Origin: an uncultured bacterium
GTDB taxonomy: Bacteria > Bacillota > Clostridia > Lachnospirales > Lachnospiraceae
Assembly (NCBI GenBank): GCA_947177425.1
Contig: CAMWUN010000009.1
Span: 14,254-78,253, forward strand
Length of the DNA: 64,000 nucleotides
Direction: 5' to 3'
The position numbers and the translations under genes were made by a program. Below the pieces are notes generated by a model that made no database searches, was not told where the DNA came from, and worked only from the letters and a program-made list of their open reading frames with translations. This document shows positions 58,584-64,000 of this stretch, one piece after another. Position 1 is the stretch's first letter, and every line of letters starts with the position of its first letter.

Positions 58584-59228
58584 TCAGCACAATTCTTTCA
58601 ACTGCGAAATCAGACCCTTGATGCGCTCTGTTTCCATCTGCATGCTTACCTGATTTACAATCATTCTGGCAGATAAGGGACAGATTTCCTCTAATACCTC
58701 CAGCCCGTTTTCTTTAAGGGTGGAACCAGTCTCCACAATGTCCACAATCACGTCCGAAAGCCCCACAATAGGCCCCAGTTCCACAGAGCCATTCAGCTTA
58801 ATAATATCCACAGTCTGATGCTTCTTATTGTAGAAATAATCCTTGGCAATAATGGGATATTTGGTAGCCACACGGATGCGCTCATGGTGAAGGAGAAGTT
58901 CTTTGGCCGGGGAAGGCCCGCACACACACATGCGGCATTTGCCAAACCCCAAATCAAGAACTTCATACACTCTTCTGTTCTCCTCCAAAATGGTGTCTTT
59001 CCCCACCACACCAATATCCGCCGCCCCATATTCCACATAGGTGGGCACGTCCGGCCCCTTGGAGAGAAAGAATTTTAATTTTTTCTCCTCATTGACAAAA
59101 ATCAGCTTCCTTGTATTTTTGTCCTGCATCTCCTGGCAGGTGATACCAATCTGCTCCAGAAGGGCAAGGGTTTTATCTGCAAGCCTGCCTTTTCCCAGTG
59201 CAAAGGTTAAATATCTGTCTTTACTCAT
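58584..59228 (-). CDS. hisG: ATP phosphoribosyltransferase, short form
   Basis: KGRL, DVPTYVEYGAADIGVVGKD, VATKYP and DIVETGSTL; 214 aa. Confidence 0.96.
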   Translation of the reverse strand: MSKDRYLTFALGKGRLADKTLALLEQIGITCQEMQDKNTRKLIFVNEEKKLKFFLSKGPDVPTYVEYGAADIGVVGKDTILEENRRVYEVLDLGFGKCRMCVCGPSPAKELLLHHERIRVATKYPIIAKDYFYNKKHQTVDIIKLNGSVELGPIVGLSDVIVDIVETGSTLKENGLEVLEEICPLSARMIVNQVSMQMETERIKGLISQLKELC

Positions 59229-60445
59229 AACTTATCCTCCTGCCCATGACTTTCCCCTTGAGAAGTATTATCAGCTTCAGAAACATTATCCTCTTGAGAA
59301 AACTTATCCCTAGGATTATAATCCTTAGGATTGTTCGCCTGCTCAGGAATAAGGGCAGTCCGTTTTCCCCGGGCCCTTAATTCCTTTGCCTTAGCCAGCA
59401 TACTGGCATAGCTGGAATCATTGTAGGTAAGGTAAGTAAGGTCTTCTTTTACAAAGGCCGTGTTCTGCCTTGCAAGGGCTAAGAGCAGGTCGTCAATCAC
59501 AACAGCAAAACCGATTGCCGGGGCTTCTTTCCCGAAGTAGCCAAGGAGGTTGTCATATCTGCCGCCTTTGACCACAGGTTCCCCCACGCCGTAGGTATAC
59601 ACTTTAAAAATAACCCCTGTATAGTAATTATATTTGCTGAGCATCCCCAAATCAAAGGAAATATATTTCTCTACACCATACTGGCAGAGAACCTGATAAA
59701 GCTTTTCCAGCCGCTCCACAGCCCTTAGGGAGCGTTCATTGGAAACCAGTTCCCGGGCGGTTTTGAGTATTTCCATAGAGCCGAAGCAGTCCGTCACCTT
59801 AAGAAGCATATCGCAGTGAGACTCTTTTAATCCACAGCCTGCCAAAAGCTCCTGTGCGCCGAAAATATTTTTCCCGGATATAAATTTACGCAGTTCACTT
59901 TCCGTCTGTTCATCCAAACCTGCCTGTGCACAGATGCCTTTAAAATATTCAATCTGCCCTATGCTTACCTGAAACTCTTTCAGCCCGGCGGCAAGAAGGG
60001 ATTCCACCACCATGGCAATCATCTCTCCGTCCGCCTCCGGGGTGCCGTCGCAGATAAGCTCGGCCCCCATCTGGGTCACTTCTTTTAATTTTCCCTGTAG
60101 GCTGCTGGTGTTGGTAAACGTGTTTCCCACATAGCAGAAACGGACAGGAATATCCTCATCCATAAAGTATTTGGCGGCACACCTTGCCATGGAAGGGGTA
60201 AAATCCGGCCTAAGCACCAGGGTATTTCCCTCCTTGTCAAAAAACTTATATAAATCTTTGGAAGGGGTGGTGCCTGTTTCTCTTGAAAACACATCAAAAA
60301 ATTCAAAGGTGGGCGTCTGGATGTCCTGATATCCATACAGGTTCAGACGGTTATGGATCAATTCCTCCACCGCCAGTTTCCCGGCATATTCTTTCCCATA
60401 AATATCCCTGACGCCTTCCGGCGTGTGAAGCAGTTGTCGGTTCAT
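59225..60445 (-). CDS. hisZ: ATP phosphoribosyltransferase regulatory subunit
   Basis: TPEGVRD, LRPDFTPSMAR, YYTGVIF and GGRYDNL; precedes short hisG. Confidence 0.93.
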   Translation of the reverse strand: MNRQLLHTPEGVRDIYGKEYAGKLAVEELIHNRLNLYGYQDIQTPTFEFFDVFSRETGTTPSKDLYKFFDKEGNTLVLRPDFTPSMARCAAKYFMDEDIPVRFCYVGNTFTNTSSLQGKLKEVTQMGAELICDGTPEADGEMIAMVVESLLAAGLKEFQVSIGQIEYFKGICAQAGLDEQTESELRKFISGKNIFGAQELLAGCGLKESHCDMLLKVTDCFGSMEILKTARELVSNERSLRAVERLEKLYQVLCQYGVEKYISFDLGMLSKYNYYTGVIFKVYTYGVGEPVVKGGRYDNLLGYFGKEAPAIGFAVVIDDLLLALARQNTAFVKEDLTYLTYNDSSYASMLAKAKELRARGKRTALIPEQANNPKDYNPRDKFSQEDNVSEADNTSQGESHGQEDKL

Positions 60446-60537
60446 AAATTCCCTCATTTCTGTCTTTATCATTTTAAAGCGTTAATCCGCTACTGTATTA
60501 GCGAAGTAAACCACCGATAAGTATACTAAATCCCATC

Positions 60538-61083
60538 TCATTTGTCAATGGCATCCCTCTCCTCCAAATCTTTGCTTAACACATCAAGGTAGGGAACCAG
60601 CACCCCATGCTTTTTAGGCAGGACATAGTCAGGATTCAGTTCCTCATAGAGGAAGCTTTTTCGTCCCCCTCCCTTTGCCCTGTCCCAGAAATATTTGAAG
60701 ATTTCAAAGGGCAGGTAATAGAATTCATCCCTGTGTGAAAAATATATCAGAAAAAAAGCGATTCCTTTCTGCTTTTCAAACTGTTCCATGAAATTTACCT
60801 GATGCTCATGGATGTTCTGAAGGGAAAAACGGTCAATGGCGCATTCCTTGGCGTCGAAACATACAGGGATCCCCTGTACAGCCCCAATATAGTCAACAGT
60901 GCTTTTCTGGTCGAAATAAGCAAGGGTGATATGTCTGGTAGCCTTATCAATATTGATGGGGGTAATGGGGGTAGGGATTTTCTGTATCAGCGCAAGGCCG
61001 TTCTCAAGGTATTTTTCATTTGTCCTGTTGATAAGGTCTTCTAAGGTGGAGCCCCTTAGTCCTCTGGAATTCCATGTAGCCAT
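60538..61083 (-). CDS. recU: Holliday junction resolvase RecU
   Basis: RG.TLEDLIN.TN..Y, IQKIPTP, STVDYIG, FDAKE and HEHQ motifs. Confidence 0.92.
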   Translation of the reverse strand: MATWNSRGLRGSTLEDLINRTNEKYLENGLALIQKIPTPITPINIDKATRHITLAYFDQKSTVDYIGAVQGIPVCFDAKECAIDRFSLQNIHEHQVNFMEQFEKQKGIAFFLIYFSHRDEFYYLPFEIFKYFWDRAKGGGRKSFLYEELNPDYVLPKKHGVLVPYLDVLSKDLEERDAIDK

Positions 61084-61089
61084 GCTTAT

Positions 61090-62088
61090 TTATGCCTTTC
61101 TGCTTTCACTAATCAGTCTTTGGAAGATTTCTGGGAGCGGCGCTGTTATGACTTTCCGGCTTAATTTTCCAAAAGGCTCCTCCATGGAAGGAAACTCCAG
61201 ACGGCACGCGCTTAAAAGCTGGCTGTCTATCCCATACTTATTTTTATATCCATCGTTCCATTTTTTGTCGCCATATTTATAATCTCCCAGCAAAGGATGT
61301 CCTGCCTGGGCCAAATGAATACGTATCTGATGGGTTTTTCCGGTAATAAGCTGGGCTTCCACCAAAGTTTTGTCTGACAGATGTCTGACAGGGTAATATC
61401 TGGTTTTTATAAAGGAAGCGTCTTCGCTGCCTTTCATAGAGAGAGAGACTTTGTTGGTCTTTTCATCCTTTATAAGATACCCTTCTAATGTTTCTTCCCT
61501 GTCCACACGCCCCTTTACCAGCATACGGTAATATTTTCCTATGGCATGGGCGCTGATTAACCGGTTCATCTCCTGACTGCCTGGAAGAGATTTTGCCCCG
61601 ATGACCAGCCCCCAGGTATTCCGGTCCAGACGGTTGCAGACGGAGGGTTTGTAAGTGGAAAGCTGGCTCTGTTCCAATGCCCCGCTTTCCAGCAGACAGC
61701 CAATCATCCATTCATTTAAAGACAGATCTCCCGCCCCTGCTTTCTGGGAGAGAATTCCTGCCGGTTTATTCATGACAAGGATATGGTCATCCTCATAAAG
61801 TACGGAAATGCCCTTCAGTTTACGGAAGGCGGCCTCATATTCCTTTATATCAGGCAGACTTTCCCGAAACCTTTGTATGGTTTCCTCCGACAGGAAAAAG
61901 CGTACCTGATCTCCTTCCATAAGCTTTTCATTTCCCTGGGCTTTTTTCCCGTTAAGAGTAATATTTTTCTTACGGAGCATTTTATAAAAAAAGGATACCG
62001 GGGCCAGGGGCATATATTTTTGGAGAAATTTATCCAGCCGCTGTCCGGCTTCGTTTGTTCCTATTTTTGTCTCCTGCATCTTTTTCAC
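61090..62088 (-). CDS. RluA family pseudouridine synthase (RluC-like)
   Basis: QRLDKFL S4 domain, NKPAG, NRLDRNTWG, TGKTHQIR and GDYKYG motifs. Confidence 0.9.
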   Translation of the reverse strand: MKKMQETKIGTNEAGQRLDKFLQKYMPLAPVSFFYKMLRKKNITLNGKKAQGNEKLMEGDQVRFFLSEETIQRFRESLPDIKEYEAAFRKLKGISVLYEDDHILVMNKPAGILSQKAGAGDLSLNEWMIGCLLESGALEQSQLSTYKPSVCNRLDRNTWGLVIGAKSLPGSQEMNRLISAHAIGKYYRMLVKGRVDREETLEGYLIKDEKTNKVSLSMKGSEDASFIKTRYYPVRHLSDKTLVEAQLITGKTHQIRIHLAQAGHPLLGDYKYGDKKWNDGYKNKYGIDSQLLSACRLEFPSMEEPFGKLSRKVITAPLPEIFQRLISESRKA

Positions 62089-62093
62089 CTGCT

Positions 62094-62663
62094 TTATAGG
62101 GAAATATCATAAAGGATACTCCTGACTTCATCGTCCTTTTGCGGATCGTTATCCTGTTCCATCTGGTTTAAATTTTTAAGCTGTCCTGTATAAGTTTCCA
62201 GGTTGTCAGAAATTTTGATGGTCATATCCTTAAAACCACCCTGCTTTAACATGGTCTGTAAATGCTCCTGACAGGCTTTCATGTCACACTTTCCGCTTTC
62301 TGTATAACCCAGAATGATTTTACCCTCCACAACCATATGGCTGATGGCAAAATTCTTCTGGTAGGATGTAAAATACATATCATACATGCCAATCAGCCGC
62401 CCCTGTGCCGGTATAAGGGCCTCCCTTACCCGGCTGCTGCATCCAGTCGCCCGAAACAGCATAATCACATCCACCAGACTTTTGCAGGCTGGAAGACAGC
62501 CCAGCACTGCAACAATTGTGAGCAGGTTTTCCTTTGAACCTGTAGTCACAATTCCTGCAATAAACAAAGACAGGGATATGGCAAAATACAGAACTGTCCT
62601 TGCCGCCGCCCAGCGGCGTTTCGCCGCCAGATATCCAAAATTTCCTTTTACTGCTCTCTTCAA
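62094..62663 (-). CDS. Conserved hypothetical membrane protein (TTG start)
   Basis: Two N-terminal TM helices (...NLLTIVAVLGCLPACKS); AGGAG RBS before TTG 62663. Confidence 0.65.
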   Translation of the reverse strand: MKRAVKGNFGYLAAKRRWAAARTVLYFAISLSLFIAGIVTTGSKENLLTIVAVLGCLPACKSLVDVIMLFRATGCSSRVREALIPAQGRLIGMYDMYFTSYQKNFAISHMVVEGKIILGYTESGKCDMKACQEHLQTMLKQGGFKDMTIKISDNLETYTGQLKNLNQMEQDNDPQKDDEVRSILYDISL

Positions 62664-62734
62664 ACTCTTGTCTCCTTCTGTCCTGCATTCGGACATTTGA
62701 CTTATCACTTCTTTTTTCGCTATTTTTTTATTTA

Positions 62735-64000
62735 CTAACTTTTCTTTTTATGAATATTGCGGATGGTCTTCTTTTTCTTGTGGGCAGGCCGCTTTTGACC
62801 AGGCTGGTCAGACACATATCTGCCCTTCTGCCCCTGTCCATGGGCAGTGTTTGGCATTTTTCCCCTGGGGCGTATCAGACATTTTTTATCAAAACCAATT
62901 AAATCTTCCCTTCCCGCCTTCAAAAGGGCTTCCTCCACAAGACCATGGTTTTTAGGATTCCTGTATTGGATCAAGGCCCTCTGCATGGCTTTTTCATGAG
63001 GGTTACGGCATACATACACTTCCTGTCCGTTTCTGGGATCAATTCCCGTATAGTACATGACGGTAGAAAGTGTGGACGGGGTGGGATAAAAATCCTGCAC
63101 CTGTTCCGGCATATATCCCAAATCCCGGAGATATTCGGCCAGTTCTATGGCTTCCTTTAAGGCAGAGCCTGGATGGGAAGACATAAGATAAGGCACCAGA
63201 AACTGTTTTTTGCCCATCTCTTCATTCAGTTTCCTGTACTTTTTGACAAATTTCTCATAGACACTGCGCCTTGGCTTTCCCATTTTTGCAAGGACAGTCT
63301 CTGAAATATGTTCCGGCGCCACTTTAAGCTGCCCGCTTATGTGATGGGCCACCAGTTCCCGAAAAAAGGCATCATTTCCGTCCGCCAGCAGATAATCAAA
63401 CCGGATGCCCGATCGGATAAATACTTTCTTCACCCCCGGCAGTGCCCGCAGTTTTCTAAGAAGGGAAAGATAATCCTGGTGATCCGTCTTCATGTTCGGG
63501 CAGGGAGCCGGATACAGGCACTGTCTGTTCCTACACACCCCGGACTTTAACTGCTTTTCGCAGGAAGGATGACGGAAATTGGCGGTAGGGCCGCCTACAT
63601 CATGAATATATCCTTTAAAGGAGGGATCTTGAATCATCATTTCTGCTTCTTCCAGAATGGATTCATGACTTCTGGTCTGGATAATCCGCCCCTGGTGGAA
63701 AGTCAGGGCACAGAAACTGCATCCCCCAAAACACCCTCTGTTGCTGATTAGGGAAAATTTGATTTCCTCCACAGCCGGAACACCGCCCGCTTCTTCATAG
63801 GATGGATGATAGGTGCGCATATATGGCAGACCATAAACCCCATCCATCTCCTGGGTGGACAGAGGTTTCTGGGGCGGATTCTGCACCACAAAAAGCCCGC
63901 CAGAATAGCTTTCCGCCAGCATCCGTGCGGTAAAAGGGTCTGTATTTTGGTACTGGACGGCAAAGCTTTCGGCATATCTGGAAGGTTCTGCTTTCATCTC
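62735..64000 (-). CDS. ygiQ: YgiQ-family radical SAM protein (5'-truncated by window edge)
   Basis: [41 protein letters not shown] and QVQDFYPTP motifs. Confidence 0.92.
   Translation of the reverse strand, partial: EMKAEPSRYAESFAVQYQNTDPFTARMLAESYSGGLFVVQNPPQKPLSTQEMDGVYGLPYMRTYHPSYEEAGGVPAVEEIKFSLISNRGCFGGCSFCALTFHQGRIIQTRSHESILEEAEMMIQDPSFKGYIHDVGGPTANFRHPSCEKQLKSGVCRNRQCLYPAPCPNMKTDHQDYLSLLRKLRALPGVKKVFIRSGIRFDYLLADGNDAFFRELVAHHISGQLKVAPEHISETVLAKMGKPRRSVYEKFVKKYRKLNEEMGKKQFLVPYLMSSHPGSALKEAIELAEYLRDLGYMPEQVQDFYPTPSTLSTVMYYTGIDPRNGQEVYVCRNPHEKAMQRALIQYRNPKNHGLVEEALLKAGREDLIGFDKKCLIRPRGKMPNTAHGQGQKGRYVSDQPGQKRPAHKKKKTIRNIHKKKS

Noticed and set aside
60446-60537. T-box or attenuator upstream of the his operon
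   Set aside because: There is only ~90 bp between recU and hisZ, with no T-box motif or His-rich leader peptide.

Overview
Chromosomal window from a Lachnospiraceae-like (Clostridia) genome; the taxon is inferred from gene content and order. Positions 1-24.7 kb are all + strand housekeeping genes: miaB end, mutS-mutL-miaA, radC-mreBCD-PBP2-minCDE-rodA-mgsA, a D,D-carboxypeptidase, yggS-sepF, aroB, lspA and rluD. From 31.7 kb onward the chromosomal genes are almost all on the - strand: a liv BCAA transporter, rsfS-yqeK-nadD-yhbY-obgE, rpmA-prp-rplU, rng, a radical SAM pair, the his operon, recU and ygiQ. This convergent strand switch suggests the replication terminus. The switch zone holds a perfectly palindromic dif-like site (26006-26032), a long XerS-like recombinase and the lexA/yneA-like SOS pair. 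An ~8.6 kb integrated element (37591-46184) sits between livK and a DUF378 gene. It is bounded by a 12-bp direct repeat and ATTGGGGTA arm-type repeats. It carries a tyrosine integrase, a phage-type replication initiator, a frameshifted DnaC-like loader, an XRE repressor/xis switch, a stand-alone HIRAN protein and a YafQ toxin-antitoxin pair, but no capsid, terminase or relaxase, so it looks like a satellite. The element contains 12 exact copies of the 9-mer GGCAGCAGG/CCTGCTGCC, some in gene leaders and one in a promoter spacer. A separate ~37-bp imperfect-palindrome repeat family is scattered through the chromosomal intergenic regions. No rRNA, tRNA or true CRISPR array was seen. All calls were made by eye; no database searches were run.
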